Below, in pieces: positions 1-7,288 of a stretch of DNA of 38,367 bases; position 1 is the stretch's first letter, and the number at the start of each line of letters is the position of its first letter. Origin of the DNA: Klebsiella phage vB_KpnP_BUCT711; the sequence record OM816836.1, one strand, 5' to 3'. Position numbers and translations under genes: made by a program. The notes beneath the pieces were generated by a model that made no database searches, had not been told where the DNA came from, and saw nothing but the letters and a program-made list of their open reading frames with translations.

Positions 1-33
1 CTTTTAGGTAATAATACCATGCCACCAGCGATG

Positions 34-363
34 TTACATGATCGGAATATCATCATCACTCACCCACCCGGCCCGGTTTATCAGGTAGGTAACGACACCC
101 CGCACTTCAACATCGTCCAGGGCTTCCCCTTCCAGCGCCTCACCATCATCAGTGATCAGCGCCTGCCCACGGACGACAGCGAATTCAGTTTTCCCGGCAT
201 ATGCGATAAGGACATGATCACCCTGCGTTGGCCTGCGGCAGACATCGACGATGGCATAACCGGCGGCAGTCTCCAGGGCGCGACAGTTGGCGTCATACTG
301 ACAAAGGCGGGAAACGGTTAGCGTTTGCTCAACGTAGTCTGCGGCAGGTGATGGAAAACCCAT
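34..363 (-). CDS. UmuD'-like S24-peptidase-fold protein; catalytic Ser/Lys apparently missing; starts at the position where mature UmuD' begins
   Basis: Starts M-GFPSPAADYVEQ, identical to the UmuD segment just after its Cys24/Gly25 cleavage site. C-terminal blocks QGDHVLIAYAGKTEF and VRGVVTYLINR align with the LexA/UmuD beta-core. No G-D-S-M serine motif, and K replaced in FAVVRG. SD GAGGT 6 nt upstream of ATG at 363; the longer track start at 408 has no RBS. Confidence 0.7.
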   Translation of the reverse strand: MGFPSPAADYVEQTLTVSRLCQYDANCRALETAAGYAIVDVCRRPTQGDHVLIAYAGKTEFAVVRGQALITDDGEALEGEALDDVEVRGVVTYLINRAGWVSDDDIPIM

Positions 364-381
364 GATGACCTCACATAAAAA

Positions 382-401
382 TACTGTATATTTAAACAGT
401 A
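382..401. promoter_or_regulatory. LexA (SOS) box TACTGTATATTTAAACAGTA upstream of the UmuD'-like gene
   Basis: CTGT(384-387)-N8-ACAG(396-399), a perfect match to the enterobacterial LexA consensus taCTGT(at)4ACAGta. Lies between a -35-like TTGACT (minus strand, 419-424) and the RBS. Confidence 0.75.
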
Positions 402-438
402 TAATCATGTGAGGATTTAGTCAATATGACGTGACATG

Positions 439-777
439 TCACAGCGGTAGTTTCGTTTCGTGCCAGCCGTACATCACCCAGCATGCGGCTTCTCCTGAGT
501 GCGGGCAGGATGCCACCGGCAGTTGATCGCCGCACTTGCCGCAGCGGCGTTTGCTGATGGCGTTAATCCTACCGCGCACCCGGGCGTCATCCTGGCGGAT
601 CAGCAGCGCGATGTACTCGGCCATTTCGTAGGGATCACGACCAGGGCGCCGGGCGGCGCAGTTCCGCGCCAGCATCTCCTGCTCCTGTTCATCCAGCACC
701 AGTTCAATTTTGCGCTCACCGGCGGCGGACTGCCGCGCGCGCTGCGCGGCTTTGCGTTCTGCGGGGGATTTAGGCAC
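439..777 (-). CDS. hypothetical protein with C-terminal Cys/His cluster; GTG start
   Basis: 112-aa ORF; GTG start with SD GAGGTGA 4-5 nt upstream; 8-nt overlap with upstream gene; C-term CGKCG...CPH. Confidence 0.5.
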   Translation of the reverse strand: MPKSPAERKAAQRARQSAAGERKIELVLDEQEQEMLARNCAARRPGRDPYEMAEYIALLIRQDDARVRGRINAISKRRCGKCGDQLPVASCPHSGEAACWVMYGWHETKLPL

Positions 778-961
778 CTTTCACCTCTACGCATTGAACA
801 TTATCTACGCTTGGCGAAACGTCATCCCAGGACCTCTTATCATCTGCAACTTTCATCGCCTTAATGGCTGCTTTGCACTGCTCCATACTCTGCATGGGAA
901 CCACCTGCATATTCGATGATTGGCTGCTGATGACGAAAATCAGGAAGAAGTACGGCATCAT
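770..961 (-). CDS. hypothetical small protein
   Basis: 63-aa ORF in operon context; start/stop overlaps with neighbours. Confidence 0.4.
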   Translation of the reverse strand: MMPYFFLIFVISSQSSNMQVVPMQSMEQCKAAIKAMKVADDKRSWDDVSPSVDNVQCVEVKGA

Positions 962-1242
962 TTCACCTCCTGCGGTGCGGCTGCGAGCATGGCGGCCCGG
1001 AGCGTGCTTGCGATATCGCCATCAGTTTCGCCGTATGCATCTTGAGCCGCCGCCAGCATGTCGCCGTTCGGCTCGACCGGAACCATCACGTAACCATCCG
1101 GAATTACCGGAGAGTTGCCAGCGTTGAGCAATCGCTCCATGATTTCGACCATATCTTCTGGCGGAACCTTGCAGTACTGGCCGATGTGCCTCTGCTGTTT
1201 GGCGTATTCGAGAATGTGCTCCAGTTTGTTGCGGTTGATCAT
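958..1242 (-). CDS. hypothetical phage protein
   Basis: 94-aa ORF; 4-nt overlap coupling with upstream and downstream genes. Confidence 0.5.
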   Translation of the reverse strand: MINRNKLEHILEYAKQQRHIGQYCKVPPEDMVEIMERLLNAGNSPVIPDGYVMVPVEPNGDMLAAAQDAYGETDGDIASTLRAAMLAAAPQEVK

Positions 1243-1853
1243 GACTTACCTCCGCTGAGCATGGCGGCGCGGCAGTGATTCCACCACGCAGCCCGGATAA
1301 CTGCATCACCAATGCTCATCTCAGGGTGCTGACGGCACAACTCCTCCCAGTGCTGCTTTGGCGGCACTACCGGCACCGGCTGCGCGTGGCGATAGAGCGG
1401 CGCTATGTTTCGTTCTAGGTCGGTAATGACGCTCCAAATTGGTACTGACTCGACGCCTTGTTTCGCCATATCACGATAACTGTCGGCATACGCCAGCACA
1501 GGATTGCGATCCGGCTCGCTGTCCGCTACTGGCTGCGCTGGCGGCATATCTGGACCTTTGCGAATGGCTTTTGCCAGCTCGATAGGGTCATCGTAAAGCC
1601 AGTCTCCTGTCTCAGGGTGATTGGCTTCTGCCAGTTGGGAGGCCCACTCCAGACCGTCTTTGCGTCCCTGTAGGTAGTCGAGAGGAAGACACTCAGACTC
1701 GCCGTCCATTGCGGACAGCGCGATTTCAAACAACGCCGCACATTGGTTTACATGGGCGCGGCCTTCACCCGTTATCTTCGTGTGACGGCAAAACTCAATT
1801 TGCTCCTGCGCCTTTTTAATTAACTGCTTTCTGGGTATGGTTGATTTGGTCAT
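1239..1853 (-). CDS. hypothetical phage protein
   Basis: 204-aa ORF; coupled to neighbours (ATGA overlaps). Confidence 0.55.
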   Translation of the reverse strand: MTKSTIPRKQLIKKAQEQIEFCRHTKITGEGRAHVNQCAALFEIALSAMDGESECLPLDYLQGRKDGLEWASQLAEANHPETGDWLYDDPIELAKAIRKGPDMPPAQPVADSEPDRNPVLAYADSYRDMAKQGVESVPIWSVITDLERNIAPLYRHAQPVPVVPPKQHWEELCRQHPEMSIGDAVIRAAWWNHCRAAMLSGGKS

Positions 1854-2065
1854 TGGTTGGCTCCCCGTGAAATTTTGTGGCCCGGCGCATAGCAGCGCTG
1901 GCGGTCTTTGCTGATGCGCCAGCCAGCTTTGCGCGCCTGCTGAGAAATGTCGGTCATATTCCGGCCAATAAAATCAGCCTGCCCCTGCGGATAGATTTTC
2001 CCTGACTGACAACCATCACAGTCGCAGTAGAGGTCCGCGCAGAATCCTTCAGTGATAGCCATCAC
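1850..2065 (-). CDS. small Cys-rich (zinc-binding?) protein
   Basis: 71 aa with CADLYCDCDGC...C..GH cluster; position comparable to the lambdoid ninF region. Confidence 0.45.
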   Translation of the reverse strand: MMAITEGFCADLYCDCDGCQSGKIYPQGQADFIGRNMTDISQQARKAGWRISKDRQRCYAPGHKISRGANQ

Positions 2066-2517
2066 TCAGCCTCCACCTTGATGCCATCGGCGCGAAGTGC
2101 GTCAGCACATGCAGTGATCGCCTTATTCCAAACTTCAGTTTCTGACCATAGTTGACTACCGGCGTACTCCGCAGGGCAAAATCTTTCATCTGGCAGCTTC
2201 ACGGTGCGGGACTCCAGCTCGGCGATGCGAGACATCACGCGCCGTGTTTTCTCTCTCTCCCGCTCAAGCTCTGTGTCCAGCTCTGCGATGCGGTCTGCCT
2301 GCTGGTCGAAATGGTAGTCTTTAGCTGCCTGGGTTACGTCTCTGCTCTGCACCTTCTCCAGCGCCTCTACCAGTGCGATGACATTGTTTGGGTTAGCCAG
2401 GGCGTAAAATTTCTCCGCCGCCGCACGGCCTTTCGAATACCGGGCGATAATGGCGAGCTCTTTCGCATCGATCGCTGCCGCTTTCAGGCTCTGCGCCAGT
2501 TCGGTGATATCAGTCAT
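2062..2517 (-). CDS. hypothetical coiled-coil protein (Ea22/ead-like region)
   Basis: 151-aa ORF; SD AGGAG 8 nt upstream of ATG at 2517. Confidence 0.55.
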   Translation of the reverse strand: MTDITELAQSLKAAAIDAKELAIIARYSKGRAAAEKFYALANPNNVIALVEALEKVQSRDVTQAAKDYHFDQQADRIAELDTELEREREKTRRVMSRIAELESRTVKLPDERFCPAEYAGSQLWSETEVWNKAITACADALRADGIKVEAE

Positions 2518-2532
2518 GCTGCACGCTCCTGA

Positions 2533-3213
2533 TTAGATGTTATTTGCGAGAAGGCAGAATGCAGTTGCAGCCACGATTGGAACTTGTGCATTTCCAATGG
2601 CTCTGTACCTATCCACCCTAAAGGGAACCCCATCAACCAAGATTGATTCTGGGGAGTAGGTATCCCAAACGCTATGGTGAAATTTCTTGCTGATTCCCAC
2701 TTCTGCATTGACTCTGCCGAGTAATTCGCTTTCGTGGTCGGTGTATGCAAGTAGCCAAAATCTTTCCCGTATGTGGTCAGCACCCATGTCTTTCGCGGAA
2801 AGTTGAACCGCCCTGGTTTTGTAACCCATTGCAATGAGGTCGGTTGCGGCGATGGTGATAGCGTCTTTAGTGACGTTTTCTGCAAAGACAAGACCTGGCT
2901 TAACTTCACTAACGATTCGACGCATTTCTGGCCACATGCTTTTTGCAGTAATTCTTCCTCTTGATGCTTTGCTAAATGCCTGGCATGGAAATCCGCCAGA
3001 TACGATGTCAACAATTCCTCTCCATGGCTTTCCGTCAAAACTGCACACGTCAGACCAAATCGGGAAAGGCTGGAGAATTCCATCGTTTTGTCGTTGCGCG
3101 AGAACTTGTGCGGCGTAGGCATCACGTTCAACTGCGCAAACTGTTCGCCAGCCAAGGAGGTGTCCGCCGAGTATTCCTCCGCCAGCGCCTGCGAAAAGAG
3201 CCAACTCATTCAC
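2533..3213 (-). CDS. DNA (cytosine-5)-methyltransferase, orphan (Dcm-like); GTG start
   Basis: Motif I FAGAGG, motif IV GGFPCQAFS, ENV, motif X AIGNAQVP. GTG at 3213 has SD GGAGGT 5 nt upstream and places motif I near the N-terminus. The track's longer start at 3285 overlaps the upstream gene by 80 nt and is rejected. Confidence 0.85.
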   Translation of the reverse strand: MNELALFAGAGGGILGGHLLGWRTVCAVERDAYAAQVLAQRQNDGILQPFPIWSDVCSFDGKPWRGIVDIVSGGFPCQAFSKASRGRITAKSMWPEMRRIVSEVKPGLVFAENVTKDAITIAATDLIAMGYKTRAVQLSAKDMGADHIRERFWLLAYTDHESELLGRVNAEVGISKKFHHSVWDTYSPESILVDGVPFRVDRYRAIGNAQVPIVAATAFCLLANNI

Positions 3214-3667
3214 CGTTACCTCCGTCGCGCAGCTGATACGCCACCATTGCGCAGATGTTCGGCGCGTCGGTGAAGTCGTCATCATCCGAAGTCACTAGCG
3301 CTCTAACGCAGGCCTCTGCACCTTCAGCCTCAATCCCGGCTACGATGCGATCGGTGGCGGGGGTTTCGATATTCCGCTTAGCCTCATCGACGAGAGTTCT
3401 AATTGGATTCGGGTATTTGTTACGATTACCTGTGCTCTCCATCAGCCCATCGTGTAATGCTGTGTTGCGAAATCCGGCTGTATAAACCTCGTTGCAGGTT
3501 TCAAGCGCGTTTTCGGCAAGAATTGCTCTGCTACTTTTCAGCGCCGCATTCTCCTCAGCCAGCTGCTTAAACGCTTTCGCCAGCTTCAGGAACTTCTGCT
3601 CTCTGATCGACAGCTCGCCTGCGCTCTCCAGGGAAGCGATGAGCTCGTTTACTGTTTCGATGTTCAT
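3206..3667 (-). CDS. hypothetical phage protein
   Basis: 153 aa from internal ATG at 3667 (MNIETVNEL...); the upstream track extension lacks an RBS. Confidence 0.55.
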   Translation of the reverse strand: MNIETVNELIASLESAGELSIREQKFLKLAKAFKQLAEENAALKSSRAILAENALETCNEVYTAGFRNTALHDGLMESTGNRNKYPNPIRTLVDEAKRNIETPATDRIVAGIEAEGAEACVRALVTSDDDDFTDAPNICAMVAYQLRDGGNGE

Positions 3668-3798
3668 GCCGCCACCCACTCGATCGCCAGATAAGCCACA
3701 TACAGGACGGCGATGATTGCCACCCACCCAATGATGTTTGCCACCATCACGAACAGCAGCAGTGACCGCCGGCTGTAATTCACGAAATCAAAATCCAT
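3664..3798 (-). CDS. small membrane protein (44 aa), not in ORF track
   Basis: MDFDFVNYSRRSLLLFVMVANIIGWVAIIAVLYVAYLAIEWVAA; SD GGGGGTAAGT directly upstream of ATG at 3798; stop overlaps next start (ATGA). Confidence 0.35.
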   Translation of the reverse strand: MDFDFVNYSRRSLLLFVMVANIIGWVAIIAVLYVAYLAIEWVAA

Positions 3799-3859
3799 AC
3801 TTACCCCCGCTTACCCGTTTAACTTATTGATTCAATTGATATCAATGAAGATCGTTGTT

Positions 3860-4204
3860 TTAGAACTCTTCGACCTTCCACCCGCCGCCGGCTTTTGCCG
3901 GGAGCTTCGTTACTCCGATGATCCGGAATGGGTACTGGTCGGCGGCGACTTTGGTTTTCACCCTGGCATCGTCAGTCCAGAACCCTTTCACCTCATGCAA
4001 TTCCATCTGGCCGTTTGCCAGCATCACTGCGAAGTCAGGCGTGTAGAACGTGTTGTCAGCCAGACGCAGCTTGATGCCTTCGAACCGGTACCAGGCGATT
4101 TCCCCGTAGCGCCTACGCAGTTCAAGCTCTTGCGCATACGCCGTTTCGGTTTTGTTCATCTGGCCAGCTTTAAGCCGGCCAAGTGCCTGTAGTGTCTTTC
4201 GCAT
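3860..4204 (-). CDS. DUF1064-family phage protein
   Basis: 114 aa, MRKTLQALGRLKAGQMNKTE...; resembles the DUF1064 family seen after lambdoid replication genes (from memory). Confidence 0.6.
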   Translation of the reverse strand: MRKTLQALGRLKAGQMNKTETAYAQELELRRRYGEIAWYRFEGIKLRLADNTFYTPDFAVMLANGQMELHEVKGFWTDDARVKTKVAADQYPFRIIGVTKLPAKAGGGWKVEEF

Positions 4205-4209
4205 GATTT

Positions 4210-4224
4210 TTACCTTATTGGTAA
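4210..4224. promoter_or_regulatory. operator-like palindrome TTACCttattGGTAA
   Basis: Perfect TTACC-N5-GGTAA 6 bp upstream of the DUF1064 start codon. Confidence 0.6.
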
Positions 4225-4271
4225 TTTATAACCATAAACGGATCAATATCAATAGTCTTGCGCATATTTTA

Positions 4272-4286
4272 TTACCTTTTTGGTAA
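4272..4286. promoter_or_regulatory. operator-like palindrome TTACCtttttGGTAA
   Basis: Perfect site; identical 15-mer to the sites at 6402 and 34570. Confidence 0.6.
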
Positions 4287-4298
4287 ACATTAAGGCGT

Positions 4299-4322
4299 AA
4301 AAAAACGCGCTTCCGCGCTGCG
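4299..4322 (-). terminator. putative rho-independent terminator after the replication gene
   Basis: GC-rich palindromic cluster (GCGC ttcc GCGC / GCGCtGCGC) followed on the minus strand by T7 (plus A-run 4299-4305). Confidence 0.4.
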
Positions 4323-4329
4323 CTGGCTG

Positions 4330-5091
4330 TCAGGGTGCCGGGCCTCCCCGGAATCCCGGCGGGATCTCGGTATCCGGCCTGGATATGGTGTTCACATCTC
4401 GCTGCCCAGAGCCGCCTTTCAGCTCGAACAGCCCTTTCCAACCCTTCGCCATGCTCTGCTTCACAATCTGCATCTGCCTTGTGTGGTTGCCACCAGACAG
4501 GTTAATCAGTTCGGTGATTGCTGCCCCCTCGCTCCGTTCAGTTGGCGCATAGGCTTTAAACCGCATTTCTGACCTGTAGGCCTTCCACTCATCCCAGGCT
4601 TCGGCATTGAGCTGTTCAGGATACGGATAAGATTTTTTTGGCTCCCTCCCCCTTGGGGGGTTAGGGGGGATCTTATCTTTTACTTCTTCTCTTCTCTTCT
4701 CTTCTCTGGTCCGCATTTCGTCCGCATCAGAAGCGGACATTTTGACGACATTTCTCTTAACTCTTTTCCTGTCAGCGTCCTGTGCGCGGCGCTTCGCAGA
4801 CTGACCGTTATGGGCTTCAAAGCGCGGCATTACTAGGCTTTCGCCATCTTCTTCAAGCCATCCAACGGCCATCATCGCCCGGGCAAATCCTGGAAATCCG
4901 ATGAGGTCATCGAGCGTCTCAGGGCTGTAACCGTCAAGAAAACCATCAACAGAATGGACATCAAAAAGACACCATGCGGAATGTAGTCCGCCAACTATCC
5001 GAAGTCTGTCCGCTTTCAATGCGGACGCCATGCGGACAACTTTAGGATGTGTGTGAAGGTCTGCACGCATCTTGATCCAGTCGCCGGCCAT
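4330..5091 (-). CDS. replication initiation / replisome-organizer protein (lambda O-like role)
   Basis: N-term [18 protein letters not shown]... typical of the phage replisome-organizer N-domain; basic/acidic low-complexity linker; internal iteron-like repeats (see findings). Confidence 0.6.
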   Translation of the reverse strand: MAGDWIKMRADLHTHPKVVRMASALKADRLRIVGGLHSAWCLFDVHSVDGFLDGYSPETLDDLIGFPGFARAMMAVGWLEEDGESLVMPRFEAHNGQSAKRRAQDADRKRVKRNVVKMSASDADEMRTREEKRREEVKDKIPPNPPRGREPKKSYPYPEQLNAEAWDEWKAYRSEMRFKAYAPTERSEGAAITELINLSGGNHTRQMQIVKQSMAKGWKGLFELKGGSGQRDVNTISRPDTEIPPGFRGGPAP

Positions 5092-5753
5092 TATTCACCC
5101 CCGGATAATTCATAAAGGGTCAAATTACCGTTAAAAACAGCACCAGTATCGATGTAGAGCTGGTTTTTGTTACGCATTGGCTGAAGCGCTGGAGTGTGTC
5201 CGAAAATGAATAAGTCAGCCCCAGAAATACTGGAGCTAAAGCCATCAATGGATAAACTGATTCGCTCACGACTCCAGATAGCTTGCTGTGAATCTACCGG
5301 CTTACCGTACTCATATTCGTCGTGAGGATAGTCTGCATGGCAGATGACAAACTTCTTACCGCCCTTCTCCACCTCGATGATGAGCGGCAACTCTGCGACC
5401 TTGGGTAGCAGGGATTTCAGGCGCATATCCTGCTCGTAGTCCAGACTGTGCCACCATCCTCCACCATTTGACATCCAGTGCCCAAAGCTACCAGTGCCGG
5501 TTATGGCATCCAGCATCATCTGCTCATGGTTTCCGCGTACTGCCCGGAACCATGGCTGATTTATCAAGTCCAGGCACTCGAAGCTTTCCTGCCCACGGTC
5601 GATCAGGTCTCCGACAGAAACCAGCAGATCCTGCACCGGGTCGAAACCTGCTTTATCTAGACTGCTCATCAGGTTGGTGTAGCAGCCATGCAGGTCACCG
5701 CAAACCAAAACCCGGCGCCATTCTTCGCCATTTATACGCTGATAGATTTTCAT
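5091..5753 (-). CDS. Ser/Thr protein phosphatase (lambda PPase-like metallophosphatase)
   Basis: GDLHG, GDLIDRG and GNHE motifs; 220 aa; ATGA/TAATG coupling with neighbours. Confidence 0.9.
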   Translation of the reverse strand: MKIYQRINGEEWRRVLVCGDLHGCYTNLMSSLDKAGFDPVQDLLVSVGDLIDRGQESFECLDLINQPWFRAVRGNHEQMMLDAITGTGSFGHWMSNGGGWWHSLDYEQDMRLKSLLPKVAELPLIIEVEKGGKKFVICHADYPHDEYEYGKPVDSQQAIWSRERISLSIDGFSSSISGADLFIFGHTPALQPMRNKNQLYIDTGAVFNGNLTLYELSGGE

Positions 5754-5953
5754 GCTGCCACCGTAGAACTGCCGGCCTGCAGCATGAGGCGTTTTATCTC
5801 AGCCTGGCGGCGTTTGTTTGTTTCCATAGTGCACTGCACGCAGTGACCGTTATGCACCCAACGTTCGCTATCATGGCCATGCTTACACGATTTCCCGGTG
5901 TAGTACCGCTTCAGGCCACTGGTAGCTGCTTCAGTCCTGGTAATAATCTTCAT
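5750..5953 (-). CDS. small zinc-finger-like protein
   Basis: 67 aa from ATG at 5953 (SD GAGG); CKHGH...HNGHCVQC cluster; the upstream track extension has no RBS. Confidence 0.55.
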   Translation of the reverse strand: MKIITRTEAATSGLKRYYTGKSCKHGHDSERWVHNGHCVQCTMETNKRRQAEIKRLMLQAGSSTVAA

Positions 5954-6031
5954 CTTCGTAACCTCATTCCGATTGCGATTACGATAATTTTGCAGCAAGC
6001 CAAAAAAAGATCAACCGTATTTGGATAATTA

Positions 6032-6046
6032 TTACCAGATTGGTAT
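6032..6046. promoter_or_regulatory. imperfect operator-like site TTACCagattGGTAt
   Basis: 14 of 15 match; preceded by the conserved extension AATTATTACC. Confidence 0.4.
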
Positions 6047-6099
6047 TCAGGGAAAGGCAGGAGCCGCCTGGGGGTGGCGGCGCGGGTGAGTTTTGAGGA

Positions 6100-6333
6100 T
6101 TAACGTTCGTGGAACCAGAGGACCAGGTCGGATTTTGCGGAGATCCACTTACGGGATTTGCAGGCTTTAAACAGTCTTTCTAACAGAGGCTTACGTGGAA
6201 TTCTTCTACGGCCAGTCAGGTGAACCTGAATGTAGTGGCTGGTCGTGCCGGCGTCACTTGCGAACTCTTCTCGCTCAGCCGGCGAGAGGTCGAGCCAGCA
6301 GCGTTTGAAGTCAAATTTTTGCACATCGCTCAT
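6100..6333 (-). CDS. Cro/YdaS-like HTH DNA-binding protein (first gene of leftward early operon)
   Basis: 77 aa from ATG at 6333 (MSDVQKFDF...); HTH-like EFASDAGTTSHYIQVHLTGRRRIP; divergent from the repressor across the operator cluster. Confidence 0.6.
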   Translation of the reverse strand: MSDVQKFDFKRCWLDLSPAEREEFASDAGTTSHYIQVHLTGRRRIPRKPLLERLFKACKSRKWISAKSDLVLWFHER

Positions 6334-6371
6334 ATTTTTTAGTCCCGGACTAACTTTAGACAGCCTGATTA

Positions 6372-6386
6372 TTACCAATCTGGTGT
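6372..6386. promoter_or_regulatory. imperfect operator TTACCaatctGGTgt
   Basis: In the divergent immunity intergenic region; left half plus extension ATTATTACC conserved. Confidence 0.45.
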
Positions 6387-6401
6387 AAAAATCAATGACT
6401 G

Positions 6402-6416
6402 TTACCTTTTTGGTAA
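6402..6416. promoter_or_regulatory. operator TTACCtttttGGTAA
   Basis: Perfect palindrome in the divergent cro/repressor intergenic region. Confidence 0.7.
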
Positions 6417-6418
6417 GT

Positions 6419-6433
6419 TTACCTTTATGGTAA
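6419..6433. promoter_or_regulatory. operator TTACCtttatGGTAA
   Basis: Perfect palindrome, centre 17 bp from the 6402 site (tandem operators). Confidence 0.7.
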
Positions 6434-6486
6434 TATTCTATTAAATTTAATCAGTTAGGTAACAATTTCAGGCCAAAAAAATAGAA

Positions 6487-7068
6487 ATGAAAAGCATCTA
6501 CGACATAAGGCGCGACAACCTCAACGAGATAATCCGGAAGGATTTCGATAACACGCAACTCCGGTTTGCCGAGAGAATCAAAAAATCAGCTAACCTCGTT
6601 AACAGGTGGAGCAAGGGAACAAAAAATATCGGCGCTAACGCGGCACGCGAGATCGAGTCGTTCGCCGGGAAAGGTCGGTTCTGGCTGGATATCGACCATC
6701 TGTCAGATACCCCGACGCTGCCGGAGATTATCGACCCGCAGGAATGGAGTGTGGAAAAACAGGCAGCGTTTACCCTGGGTGTATGGATGGGTCAGCATTC
6801 GGATCTGAACTCAGAGAAAAAGGTTTCGGAAGCGGCCGGCATCGGCCAGGCGACCGTAAATCGCATCCTGAACTGCGAAGGCTCCACCAGCATTGGCGTA
6901 CTGTCGGCTATCGCCAGGGCGTTCGGCCGCGATGCATATGAGCTGATCCTGCCGCCTGGAAATGCTGGTCTGATTGACTATGACCACCATGAATACGCCG
7001 GGCTGCCGCAGGAAGAGAAAAACAAGATCGCCGCCTTCATCAAGTTCATCGTCAGCCAGAACCAGTAA
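6487..7068 (+). CDS. prophage repressor candidate with two XRE-type HTH domains and no S24 peptidase domain
   Basis: HTH1 QLRFAERIKKSANLVNRWSKG; HTH2 KVSEAAGIGQATVNRILNCEG. Sits in the cI position, divergent from the cro-like gene, flanked by operator clusters. Weak or absent SD (possibly leaderless). Confidence 0.65.
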   Translation: MKSIYDIRRDNLNEIIRKDFDNTQLRFAERIKKSANLVNRWSKGTKNIGANAAREIESFAGKGRFWLDIDHLSDTPTLPEIIDPQEWSVEKQAAFTLGVWMGQHSDLNSEKKVSEAAGIGQATVNRILNCEGSTSIGVLSAIARAFGRDAYELILPPGNAGLIDYDHHEYAGLPQEEKNKIAAFIKFIVSQNQ

Positions 7069-7123
7069 CCTCTAACCTACCTGTTACTCCTGCCAGTGGG
7101 ATAACTCCCCGCGCCTCATGCAC

Positions 7124-7138
7124 TTACCAAAATGGTAA
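7124..7138. promoter_or_regulatory. operator TTACCaaaatGGTAA
   Basis: Perfect site upstream of the -35 of the rightward (PL-like) promoter. Confidence 0.65.
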
Positions 7139-7159
7139 ACTTTTCCTCATCAAATCTAT

Positions 7160-7188
7160 TGACACAACCATAAATTGATCAGATTATT
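7160..7188 (+). promoter_or_regulatory. sigma70-like promoter for the plus-strand recombination operon
   Basis: -35 TTGACA (7160-7165), 17-bp spacer, -10 GATTAT (7183-7188); overlapped by the operator at 7187-7201. Confidence 0.5.
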
Positions 7189-7201
7189 ACCTTAACGGTA
7201 A
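7187..7201. promoter_or_regulatory. operator TTACCttaacGGTAA
   Basis: Perfect site overlapping the -10/+1 of the promoter above. Confidence 0.65.
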
Positions 7202-7261
7202 CAGCAGGGCGTTGAATTACCAGAAATCCACCAACGTGTGGTTTTCTCATACCCCTGATAT

Positions 7262-7275
7262 TTACCAAATGGTAA
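7262..7275. promoter_or_regulatory. operator variant TTACCaaatGGTAA (4-nt spacer)
   Basis: Half-sites perfect, spacer one base shorter; 14 bp upstream of the first small ORF. Confidence 0.4.
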
Positions 7276-7288
7276 TAGTGAGGTGTGT

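Noticed and set aside
499-1127. Plus-strand ORFs 499..864, 710..919 and 864..1127
   Set aside because: They are antisense shadows of the coupled minus-strand operon, which is the region's uniform coding strand. They have no RBSs.
2514-3209. 231-aa ORF overlapping the cytosine methyltransferase in another frame
   Set aside because: It is a shadow frame of the methyltransferase gene, which carries all the conserved motifs.
2533-3213. A restriction-modification system
   Set aside because: No endonuclease-like ORF lies adjacent to either methyltransferase, so they are treated as orphan methyltransferases.
6063-6081. GCCGCC-tgggggt-GGCGGC hairpin as a tR1-like terminator downstream of the cro-like gene
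   Set aside because: The downstream tract on the minus strand is C/T-mixed rather than a U-run. Not enough to call.
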